DNA of 64,000 nt from Auanema rhodensis (Eukaryota; Animalia; Nematoda): positions 22,506,001-22,570,000 of the forward strand of contig OZ059894.1 in the NCBI GenBank assembly GCA_964057225.1, in the 5' to 3' direction. The stretch's first letter is position 1. Each line of letters opens with the position of its first letter. Of this stretch, positions 51,951 through 64,000 are shown piece by piece. The translations under genes and the position numbers were made by a program. The notes under the pieces were generated by a model. The model ran no database searches and was not told the DNA's origin. It was given only the letters and a program-made list of their open reading frames with translations.

Positions 51951-54900
51951 GTCAAAATGTTTTTGGAAGCATTGTTGAGTGTACATGGAAACTCAACATA
52001 CACTAATGCATCATTTTTCAAACGATCATAACTAATTTTTGTATTAAGCGTTTCTCAATGTAGTATAGTGCATTCGATGCGGATTTTTAAGCTGCGTCGA
52101 TCTGTGTTATCAGATTTGCGCTAGCTTAAAAATGCACCGAGATATCAACTGATATAAGTTCACACTTATATCCTCGATTTTCACCCTGAAGGAATAATTT
52201 TTTCGTTGAATAACATTGTCCATCGTCTTTGCCTTGAAAAAAGGAATCTAAAAACATCTACTTTTTGCTAAATTATTTTGAAATTTTTCGAAAAAATTTT
52301 TGTCAAAATTTTTTTGGAAGCATTGTTGAGTGTACATGGAAACTCAACATACACTAATGCATCATTTTTCAAACGATCATAACTAATTTTTGTATTAAGC
52401 GTTTCTCAATGTAGTATAGTGCATTCGATGCGGATTTTTAAGCTGCGTCGATCTGTGTTATCAGATTTGCGCTAGCTTAAAAATGCACCGAGATATCAAC
52501 TGATATAAGTTCACACTTATATCCTCGATTTTCACCCTGAAGGAATAATTTTTTCGTTGAATAACATTGTCCATCGTCTTTGCCTTGAAAAAAGGAATCT
52601 AAAAACATCTACTTTTTGCTAAATTATTTTGAAATTTTTCGAAAAAATTTTTGTCAAAATGTTTTTGGAAGCATTGTTGAGTGTACATGGAAACTCAACA
52701 TACACTAATGCATCATTTTTCAAACGATCATAACTAATTTTTGTATTAAGCGTTTCTCAATGTAGTATAGTGCATTCGATGCGGATTTTTAAGCTGCGTC
52801 GATCTGTGTTATCAGATTTGCGCTAGCTTAAAAATGCACCGAGATATCAACTGATATAAGTTCACACTTATATCCTCGATTTTCACCCTGAAGGAATAAT
52901 TTTTTCGTTGAATAACATTGTCCATCGTCTTTGCCTTGAAAAAAGGAATCTAAAAACATCTACTTTTTGCTAAATTATTTTGAAATTTTTCGAAAAAATT
53001 TTTGTCAAAATTTTTTTGGAAGCATTGTTGAGTGTACATGGAAACTCAACATACACTAATGCATCATTTTTCAAACGATCATAACTAATTTTTGTATTAA
53101 GCGTTTCTCAATGTAGTATAGTGCATTCGATGCGGATTTTTAAGCTGCGTCGATCTGTGTTATCAGATTTGCGCTAGCTTAAAAATGCACCGAGATATCA
53201 ACTGATATAAGTTCACACTTATATCCTCGATTTTCACCCTGAAGGAATAATTTTTTCGTTGAATAACATTGTCCATCGTCTTTGCCTTGAAAAAAGGAAT
53301 CTAAAAACATCTACTTTTTGCTAAATTATTTTGAAATTTTTCGAAAAAATTTTTGTCAAAATGTTTTTGGAAGCATTGTTGAGTGTACATGGAAACTCAA
53401 CATACACTAATGCATCATTTTTCAAACGATCATAACTAATTTTTGTATTAAGCGTTTCTCAATGTAGTATAGTGCATTCGATGCGGATTTTTAAGCTGCG
53501 TCGATCTCTGTTATCAGATTTGCGCTAGCTTAAAAATGCACCGAGATATCAACTGATATAAGTTCACACTTATATCCTCGATTTTCACCCTGAAGGAATA
53601 ATTTTTTCGTTGAATAACATTGTCCATCGTCTTTGCCTTGAAAAAAAGAATCTAAAAACATCTACTTTTTGCTAAATTATTTTGAAATTTTTCGAAAAAA
53701 TTTTTGTCAAAATGTTTTTGGAAGCAATGTTGAGTGTACATGGAAACTCAACATACACTAATGCATCATTTTTCAAACGATCATAACTAATTTTTGTATC
53801 AAGCGTTTCTCAATGTAGTATAGTGCATTCGATGCGGATTTTTAAGCTGCGTCGATCTGTGTTATCAGATTTGCGCTAGCTTAAAAATGCACCGAGATAT
53901 CAACTGATATAAGTTCACACGTATATCCTCGATTTTCACCCTGAAGAATTGATTTTTTCGTTGAATAACATTGTCCATCGTCTTTGCCTTAAAAAATGGA
54001 ATCTAAAAACATCTACTTTTTGCTAAATTATTTTGAAATTTTTCGAAAAAATTTTTGTCAAAATGTTTTTGGAAGCATTGTTGAGTGTACATGGAAACTC
54101 AACATACACTAATGCATCATTTTTCAAACGATCATAACTAATTTTTGTATCAAGCGTTTCTCAATGTAGTATAGTGCATTCGATGCGGATTTTTAAGCTG
54201 CGTCGATCTGTGTTATCAGATTTGCGCTAGCTTAAAAATGCACCGAGATATCAACTGATATAAGTTCACACTTATATCCTCGATTTTCACCCTGAAGAAT
54301 TAATTTTTTCGTTGAATAACATTGTCCATCGTCTTTGCCTTGAAAAATGGAATCTAAAAACATCTACTTTTTGCTAAATTATTTTGAAATTTTTCGAAAA
54401 AATTTTTGTCAAAATGTTTTTGGAAGCATTGTTGAGTGTACATGGAAACTCAACATACACTAATGCATCATTTTTCAAACGATCATAACTAATTTTTGTA
54501 TCAAGCGTTTCTCAATGTAGTTTAGTGCATTCGATGCGGATTTTTAAGCTGCGTCGATCTGTGTTATCAGATTTGCGCTAGCTTAAAAATGCACCGAGAT
54601 ATCAACTGATATAAGTTCACACTTATATCCTCGATTTTCACCCTGAAGGAATAATTTTTTCGTTGAATAACATTGTCCATCGTCTTTGCCTTGAAAAAAG
54701 GAATCTAAAAACATCTACTTTTTGCTAAATTATTTTGAAATTTTTCGAAAAAATTTTTGTCAAAATTTTTTTGGAAGCATTGTTGAGTGTACATGGAAAC
54801 TCAACATACACTAATGCATCATTTTTCAAACGATCATAACTAATTTTTGTATTAAGCGTTTCTCAATGTAGTATAGTGCATTCGATGCGGATTTTTAAGC

Positions 54901-57900
54901 TGCGTCGATCTGTGTTATCAGATTTGCGCTAGCTTAAAAATGCACCGAGATATCAACTGATATAAGTTCACACTTATATCCTCGATTTTCACCCTGAAGG
55001 AATAATTTTTTCGTTGAATAACATTGTCCATCGTCTTTGCCTTGAAAAAAGGAATCTAAAAACATCTACTTTTTGCTAAATTATTTTGAAATTTTTCGAA
55101 AAAATTTTTGTCAAAATGTTTTTGGAAGCATTGTTGAGTGTACATGGAAACTCAACATACACTAATGCATCATTTTTCAAACGATCATAACTAATTTTTG
55201 TATTAAGCGTTTCTCAATGTAGTATAGTGCATTCGATGCGGATTTTTAAGCTGCGTCGATCTCTGTTATCAGATTTGCGCTAGCTTAAAAATGCACCGAG
55301 ATATCAACTGATATAAGTTCACACTTATATCCTCGATTTTCACCCTGAAGGAATAATTTTTTCGTTGAATAACATTGTCCATCGTCTTTGCCTTGAAAAA
55401 AAGAATCTAAAAACATCTACTTTTTGCTAAATTATTTTGAAATTTTTCGAAAAAATTTTTGTCAAAATGTTTTTGGAAGCAATGTTGAGTGTACATGGAA
55501 ACTCAACATACACTAATGCATCATTTTTCAAACGATCATAACTAATTTTTGTATCAAGCGTTTCTCAATGTAGTATAGTGCATTCGATGCGGATTTTTAA
55601 GCTGCGTCGATCTGTGTTATCAGATTTGCGCTAGCTTAAAAATGCACCGAGATATCAACTGATATAAGTTCACACGTATATCCTCGATTTTCACCCTGAA
55701 GAATTGATTTTTTCGTTGAATAACATTGTCCATCGTCTTTGCCTTAAAAAATGGAATCTAAAAACATCTACTTTTTGCTAAATTATTTTGAAATTTTTCG
55801 AAAAAATTTTTGTCAAAATGTTTTTGGAAGCATTGTTGAGTATACATGGAAACTCAACATACACTAATGCATCATTTTTCAAACGATCATAACTAATTTT
55901 TGTATCAAGCGTTTCTCAATGTAGTATAGTGCATTCGATGCGGATTTTCAAGCTGCGTCGATCTGTGTTATCAGATTTGCGCTAGCTTAAAAATGCACCG
56001 AGATATCAACTGATATAAGTTCACACTTATATCCTCGATTTTCACCCTGAAGAATTAATTTTTTCGTTGAATAACATTGTCCATCGTCTTTGCCTTGAAA
56101 AATGGAATCTAAAAACATCTACTTTTTGCTAAATTATTTTGAAATTTTTCGAAAAAATTTTTGTCAAAATGTTTTTGGAAGCATTGTTGAGTGTACATGG
56201 AAACTCAACATACACTAATGCATCATTTTTCAAACGATCATAACTAATTTTTGTATCAAGCGTTTCTCAATGTAGTTTAGTGCATTCGATGCGGATTTTT
56301 AAGCTGCGTCGATCTGTGTTATCAGATTTGCGCTAGCTTAAAAATGCACCGAGATATCAACTGATATAAGTTCACACTTATATCCTCGATTTTCACCCTG
56401 AAGGAATAATTTTTTCGTTGAATAACATTGTCCATCGTCTTTGCCTTGAAAAAAGGAATCTAAAAACATCTACTTTTTGCTAAATTATTTTGAAATTTTT
56501 CGAAAAAATTTTTGTCAAAATGTTTTTGGAAGCATTGTTGAGTGTACATGGAAACTCAACATACACTAATGCATCATTTTTCAAACGATCATAACTAATT
56601 TTTGTATCAAGCGTTTCTCAATGTAGTATAGTGCATTCGATGCGGATTTTTAAGCTGCGTCGATCTCTGTTATCAGATTTGCGCTAGCTTAAAAATGCAC
56701 CGAGATATCAACTGATATAAGTTCACACTTATATCCTCGATTTTCACCCTGAAGGAATAATTTTTTCGTTGAATAACATTGTCCATCGTCTTTGCCTTTG
56801 AAAAAAGGAATCTAAAAACATCTACTTTTTGCTAAATTATTTTGAAATTTTTCGAAAAAATTTTTGTCAAAATGTTTTTGGAAGCAATGTTGAGTGTACA
56901 TGGAAACTCAACATACACTAATGCATCATTTTTCAAACGATCATAACTAATTTTTGTATTAAGCGTTTCTCAATGTAGTATAGTGCATTCGATGCGGATT
57001 TTTAAGCTGCGTCGATCTGTGTTATCAGATTTGCGCTAGCTTAAAAATGCACCGAGATATCAACTGATATAAGTTCACACTTATATCCTCGATTTTCACC
57101 CTGAAGGAATAATTTTTTCGTTGAATAACATTGTCCATCGTCTTTGCCTTGAAAAAAGGAATCTAAAAACATCTACTTTTTGCTAAATTATTTTGAAATT
57201 TTTCGAAAAAATTTTTGTCAAAATGTTTTTGGAAGCATTGTTGAGTGTACATGGAAACTCAACATACACTAATGCATCATTTTTCAAACGATCATAACTA
57301 ATTTTTGTATTAAGCGTTTCTCAATGTAGTATAGTGCATTCGATGCGGATTTTTAAGCTGCGTCGATCTCTGTTATCAGATTTGCGCTAGCTTAAAAATG
57401 CACCGAGATATCAACTGATATAAGTTCACACTTATATCCTCGATTTTCACCCTGAAGGAATAATTTTTTCGTTGAATAACATTGTCCATCGTCTTTGCCT
57501 TGAAAAAAGGAATCTAAAAACATCTACTTTTTGCTAAATTATTTTGAAATTTTTCGAAAAAATTTTTGTCAAAATGTTTTTGGAAGCATTGTTGAGTGTA
57601 CATGGAAACTCAACATACACTAATGCATCATTTTTCAAACGATCATAACTAATTTTTGTATTAAGCGTTTCTCAATGTAGTATAGTGCATTCGATGCGGA
57701 TTTTTAAGCTGCGTCGATCTCTGTTATCAGATTTGCGCTAGCTTAAAAATGCACCGAGATATCAACTGATATAAGTTCACACTTATATCCTCGATTTTCA
57801 CCCTGAAGGAATAATTTTTTCGTTGAATAACATTGTCCATCGTCTTTGCCTTGAAAAAAAGAATCTAAAAACATCTACTTTTTGCTAAATTATTTTGAAA

Positions 57901-59674
57901 TTTTTCGAAAAAATTTTTGTCAAAATGTTTTTGGAAGCAATGTTGAGTGTACATGGAAACTCAACATACACTAATGCATCATTTTTCAAACGATCATAAC
58001 TAATTTTTGTATCAAGCGTTTCTCAATGTAGTATAGTGCATTCGATGCGGATTTTTAAGCTGCGTCGATCTGTGTTATCAGATTTGCGCTAGCTTAAAAA
58101 TGCACCGAGATATCAACTGATATAAGTTCACACTTATATCCTCGATTTTCACCCTGAAGAATTGATTTTTTCGTTGAATAACATTGTCCATCGTCTTTGC
58201 CTTAAAAAATGGAATCTAAAAACATCTACTTTTTGCTAAATTATTTTGAAATTTTTCGAAAAAATTTTTGTCAAAATGTTTTTGGAAGCATTGTTGAGTG
58301 TACATGGAAACTCAACATACACTAATGCATCATTTTTCAAACGATCATAACTAATTTTTGTATCAAGCGTTTCTCAATGTAGTATAGTGCATTCGATGCG
58401 GATTTTTAAGCTGCGTCGATCTGTGTTATCAGATTTGCGCTAGCTTAAAAATGCACCGAGATATCAACTGATATAAGTTCACACTTATATCCTCGATTTT
58501 CACCCTGAAGAATTAATTTTTTCGTTGAATAACATTGTCCATCGTCTTTGCCTTGAAAAATGGAATCTAAAAACATCTACTTTTTGCTAAATTATTTTGA
58601 AATTTTTCGAAAAAATTTTTGTCAAAATGTTTTTGGAAGCATTGTTGAGTGTACATGGAAACTCAACATACACTAATGCATCATTTTTCAAACGATCATA
58701 ACTAATTTTTGTATCAAGCGTTTCTCAATGTAGTTTAGTGCATTCGATGCGGATTTTTAAGCTGCGTCGATCTGTGTTATCAGATTTGCGCTAGCTTAAA
58801 AATGCACCGAGATATCAACTGATATAAGTTCACACTTATATCCTCGATTTTCACCCTGAAGGAATAATTTTTTCGTTGAATAACATTGTCCATCGTCTTT
58901 GCCTTGAAAAAAGGAATCTAAAAACATCTACTTTTTGCTAAATTATTTTGAAATTTTTCGAAAAAATTTTTGTCAAAATGTTTTTGGAAGCATTGTTGAG
59001 TGTACATGGAAACTCAACATACACTAATGCATCATTTTTCAAACGATCATAACTAATTTTTGTATCAAGCGTTTCTCAATGTAGTATAGTGCATTCGATG
59101 CGGATTTTTAAGCTGCGTCGATCTCTGTTATCAGATTTGCGCTAGCTTAAAAATGCACCGAGATATCAACTGATATAAGTTCACACTTATATCCTCGATT
59201 TTCACCCTGAAGGAATAATTTTTTCGTTGAATAACATTGTCCATCGTCTTTGCCTTTGAAAAAAGGAATCTAAAAACATCTACTTTTTGCTAAATTATTT
59301 TGAAATTTTTCGAAAAAATTTTTGTCAAAATGTTTTTGGAAGCAATGTTGAGTGTACATGGAAACTCAACATACACTAATGCATCATTTTTCAAACGATC
59401 ATAACTAATTTTTGTATTAAGCGTTTCTCAATGTAGTATAGTGCATTCGATGCGGATTTTTAAGCTGCGTCGATCTGTGTTATCAGATTTGCGCTAGCTT
59501 AAAAATGCACCGAGATATCAACTGATATAAGTTCACACTTATATCCTCGATTTTCACCCTGAAGGAATAATTTTTTCGTTGAATAACATTGTCCATCGTC
59601 TTTGCCTTGAAAAAAGTAATCTAAAAACATCTACTTTTTGCTAAATTATTTTGAAATTTTTCGAAAAAATTTTT
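51951..59674 (+). repeat. Variant domain with overlapping 2-mer (M149-152), 5-mer (M152-156 = M157-161) and 7-mer (M158-163 ~ M165-170) duplications
   Basis: p.9T at 52310, 53012, 54767; p.216G at 53921/55676; p.246G at 53951/55706/58164; T insertion at 56797-56799 and 59255-59257. Confidence 0.83.
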
Positions 59675-62600
59675 GTCAAAATGTTTTTGGAAGCAATGTT
59701 GAGTGTACATGGAAACTCAACATACACTAATGCATCATTTTTCAAACGATCATAACTAATTTTTGTATTAAGCGTTTCTCAATGTAGTATAGTGCATTCG
59801 ATGCGGATTTTTAAGCTGCGTCGATCTCTGTTATCAGATTTGCGCTAGCTTAAAAATGCACCGAGATATCAACTGATATAAGTTCACACTTATATCCTCG
59901 ATTTTCACCCTGAAGGAATAATTTTTTCGTTGAATAACATTGTCCATCGTCTTTGCCTTGGAAAAAGGAATCTAAAAACATCTACTTTTTGCTAAATTAT
60001 TTTGAAATTTTTCGAAAAAATTTTTGTCAAAATGTTTTTGGAAGCAATGTTGAGTGTACATGGAAACTCAACATACACTAATGCATCATTTTTCAAACGA
60101 TCATAACTAATTTTTGTATTAAGCGTTTCTCAATGTAGTATAGTGCATTCGATGCGGATTTTTAAGCTGCGTCGATCTGTGTTATCAGATTTGCGCTAGC
60201 TTAAAAATGCACCGAGATATCAACTGATATAAGTTCACACTTATATCCTCGATTTTCACCCTGAAGAATTAATTTTTTCGTTGAATAACATTGTCCATCG
60301 TCTTTGCCTTGAAAAATGAAATCTAAAAACATCTACTTTTTGCTAAATTATTTTGAAATTTTTCGAAAAAATTTTTGTCAAAATGTTTTTGGAAGCATTG
60401 TTGAGTGTACATGGAAACTCAACATACATTAATGCATCATTTTTCAAACGATCATAACTAATTTTTGTATTAAGCGTTTCTCAATGTAGTATAGTGCATT
60501 CGATGCGGATTTTTAAGCTGCGTCGATCTGTGTTATCAGATTTGCGCTAGCTTAAAAATGCACCAAGATATCAACTGATATAAGTTCACACTTATATCCT
60601 CGATTTTCACCCTGAAGGAATAATTTTTTCGTTGAATAACATTGTCCATCGTCTTTGCCTTGAAAAAAGGAATCTAAAAACATCTACTTTTTGCTAAATT
60701 ATTTTGAAATTTTTCGAAAAAATTTTTGTCAAAATGTTTTTGGAAGCATTGTTGAGTGTACATGGAAACTCAACATACACTAATGCATCATTTTTCAAAC
60801 GATCATAACTAATTTTTGTATCAAGCGTTTCTCAATGTAGTATAGTGCATTTGATGCGGATTTTTAAGCTGCGTCGATCTCTGTTATCAGATTTGCTCTA
60901 GCTTAAAAATGCACCGAGATATCAACTGATATAAGTTCACACTTATATCCTCGATTTTCACCCTGAAGGAATAATTTTTTCGTTGAATAACATTGTCCAT
61001 CGTCTTTGCCTTGAAAAATGGAATCTAAAAACATCTACTTTTTGCTAAATTATTTTGAAATTTTTCGAAAAAATTTTTGTCAAAATGTTTTTGGAAGCAA
61101 TGTTGAGTGTACATGGAAACTCAACATACACTAATGCATCATTTTTCAAACGATCATAACTAATTTTTGTATCAAGCGTTTCTCAATGTAGTTTAGTGCA
61201 TTCGATGCGGATTTTTAAGCTGCGTCGATCTGTGTTATCAGATTTGCGCTAGCTTAAAAATGCACCGAGATATCAACTGATATAAGTTCACACTTATACC
61301 CTCGATTTTCACCCTGAAGGAATAATTTTTTCGTTGAATAACATTGTCCATCGTCTTTGCCTTGAAAAATGGAATCTAAAAACATCTACTTTTTGCTAAA
61401 TTATTTTGAAATTTTTCGAAAAAATTTTTGTCAAAATGTTTTTGGAAGCAATGTTGAGTGTACATGGAAACTCAACATACACTAATGCATCATTTTTCAA
61501 ACGATCATAACTAATTTTTGTATCAAGCGTTTCTCAATGTAGTTTAGTGCATTCGATGCGGATTTTTCAGCTGCGTCGATCTGTGTTATCAGATTTGCGC
61601 TAGCTTAAAAATGCACCGAGATATCAACTGATATAAGTTCACACTTATATCCTCGATTTTCACCCTGAAGGAATAATTTTTTCGTTGAATAACATTGTCC
61701 ATCGTCTTTGCCTTGAAAAAAGGAATCTAAAAACATCTACTTTTTGCTAAATTATTTTGAAATTTTTCGAAAAAACTTTTGTCAAAATGTTTTTGGAAGC
61801 ATTGTTGAGTGTACATGGAAACTCAACATACACTAATGCATCATTTTTCAAACGATCATAACTAATTTTTGTATCAAGCGTTTCTCAATGTAGTATAGTG
61901 CATTCGATGCGGATTTTTAAGCTGCGTCGATCTCTGTTATCAGATTTGCGCTAGCTTAAAAATGCACCGAGATATCAACTGATATAAGTTCACACTTATA
62001 TCCTCGATTTTCACCCTGAAGGAATAATTTTTTCGTTGAATAACATTGTCCATCGTCTTTGCCTTTGAAAAAAGGAATCTAAAAACATCTACTTTTTGCT
62101 AAATTATTTTGAAATTTTTCGAAAAAATTTTTGTCAAAATGTTTTTGGAAGCAATGTTGAGTGTACATGGAAACTCAACATACACTAATGCATCATTTTT
62201 CAAACGATCATAACTAATTTTTGTATTAAGCGTTTCTCAATGTAGTATAGTGCATTCGATGCGGATTTTTAAGCTGCGTCGATCTGTGTTATCAGATTTG
62301 CGCTAGCTTAAAAATGCACCGAGATATCAACTGATATAAGTTCACACTTATATCCTCGATTTTCACCCTGAAGGAATAATTTTTTCGTTGAATAACATTG
62401 TCCATCGTCTTTGCCTTGAAAAAAGTAATCTAAAAACATCTACTTTTTGCTAAATTATTTTGAAATTTTTCGAAAAAATTTTTGTCAAAATGTTTTTGGA
62501 AGCAATGTTGAGTGTACATGGAAACTCAACATACACTAATGCATCATTTTTCAAACGATCATAACTAATTTTTGTATTAAGCGTTTCTCAATGTAGTATA

Positions 62601-64000
62601 GTGCATTCGATGCGGATTTTTAAGCTGCGTCGATCTCTGTTATCAGATTTGCGCTAGCTTAAAAATGCACCGAGATATCAACTGATATAAGTTCACACTT
62701 ATATCCTCGATTTTCACCCTGAAGGAATAATTTTTTCGTTGAATAACATTGTCCATCGTCTTTGCCTTGGAAAAAGGAATCTAAAAACATCTACTTTTTG
62801 CTAAATTATTTTGAAATTTTTCGAAAAAATTTTTGTCAAAATGTTTTTGGAAGCAATGTTGAGTGTACATGGAAACTCAACATACACTAATGCATCATTT
62901 TTCAAACGATCATAACTAATTTTTGTATTAAGCGTTTCTCAATGTAGTATAGTGCATTCGATGCGGATTTTTAAGCTGCGTCGATCTGTGTTATCAGATT
63001 TGCGCTAGCTTAAAAATGCACCGAGATATCAACTGATATAAGTTCACACTTATATCCTCGATTTTCACCCTGAAGAATTAATTTTTTCGTTGAATAACAT
63101 TGTCCATCGTCTTTGCCTTGAAAAATGAAATCTAAAAACATCTACTTTTTGCTAAATTATTTTGAAATTTTTCGAAAAAATTTTTGTCAAAATGTTTTTG
63201 GAAGCATTGTTGAGTGTACATGGAAACTCAACATACATTAATGCATCATTTTTCAAACGATCATAACTAATTTTTGTATTAAGCGTTTCTCAATGTAGTA
63301 TAGTGCATTCGATGCGGATTTTTAAGCTGCGTCGATCTGTGTTATCAGATTTGCGCTAGCTTAAAAATGCACCAAGATATCAACTGATATAAGTTCACAC
63401 TTATATCCTCGATTTTCACCCTGAAGGAATAATTTTTTCGTTGAATAACATTGTCCATCGTCTTTGCCTTGAAAAAAGGAATCTAAAAACATCTACTTTT
63501 TGCTAAATTATTTTGAAATTTTTCGAAAAAATTTTTGTCAAAATGTTTTTGGAAGCATTGTTGAGTGTACATGGAAACTCAACATACACTAATGCATCAT
63601 TTTTCAAACGATCATAACTAATTTTTGTATCAAGCGTTTCTCAATGTAGTATAGTGCATTTGATGCGGATTTTTAAGCTGCGTCGATCTCTGTTATCAGA
63701 TTTGCTCTAGCTTAAAAATGCACCGAGATATCAACTGATATAAGTTCACACTTATATCCTCGATTTTCACCCTGAAGGAATAATTTTTTCGTTGAATAAC
63801 ATTGTCCATCGTCTTTGCCTTGAAAAATGGAATCTAAAAACATCTACTTTTTGCTAAATTATTTTGAAATTTTTCGAAAAAATTTTTGTCAAAATGTTTT
63901 TGGAAGCAATGTTGAGTGTACATGGAAACTCAACATACACTAATGCATCATTTTTCAAACGATCATAACTAATTTTTGTATCAAGCGTTTCTCAATGTAG
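58972..64000 (+). repeat. 8-mer tandem duplication (M169-176 repeated from M177, 2809 bp; second copy truncated by the window edge)
   Basis: T insertion 59255/62064; p.294T 59617/62426; p.287G 59961/62770; p.53T 60429/63238; p.189A 60565/63374; p.125T 60852/63661; p.170T 60897/63706; all 2809 apart. Confidence 0.93.

Larger units (their letters stand above)
1..64000. repeat. Tandem satellite DNA array, 351-bp monomer, 182 full copies + 113 bp, head-to-tail, running off both window edges
   Basis: GTCAAAATGTTTTTGGAAGC recurs at 1, 352, 703 ... 7021, 14041, 21061, 28081, 35101 (exact multiples of 351). The phase shifts by +1 after each of five 1-bp insertions. The last unit starts at 63888 (182x351+5+1). 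No non-repeat sequence seen. Confidence 0.99.

Noticed and set aside
1-64000. Giant repeat-protein ORF (351 = 3 x 117, so the frame is preserved between units)
   Set aside because: Every frame has stops within the monomer: plus strand TAA 79-81, TGA 26-28, TAA 54-56; minus-strand stops (TCA/CTA/TTA on plus) at p.2, p.61 and p.171/195 cover all three frames.
1-64000. CRISPR array or integron-like cassette array
   Set aside because: No unique spacers or cassettes; the entire 351 bp is repeated, and no cas or integrase gene is present.

Overview
The whole 64 kb window is one uninterrupted head-to-tail tandem satellite array. It holds 182 complete copies plus a 113-bp partial copy of a 351-bp, ~31% GC monomer. 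I see no spacer, insertion, inversion or unique sequence. Copies differ only by a few point substitutions and five single-T insertions. I can support no genes, RNA genes, CRISPR array or intact mobile element; all six reading frames are closed within the monomer. It looks like eukaryotic (peri)centromeric or heterochromatic satellite DNA. I cannot name the family or species from sequence alone; an arthropod-like, weakly methylated genome is only an inference. The information lies at two levels. (1) The monomer is largely tiled by inverted repeats, several of them mutually exclusive. (2) Hand-typing variants in the 183 units shows variant-defined domains, local multi-monomer duplications (2-, 4-, 5-, 7-, 8-, 11/12-mers, with an 8-mer period recurring four times) and chimeric junction monomers. 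Monomer numbering: M1 starts at base 1, an arbitrary phase; 'p.N' means position N within the monomer. Variant typing was done by eye and may contain occasional slips.
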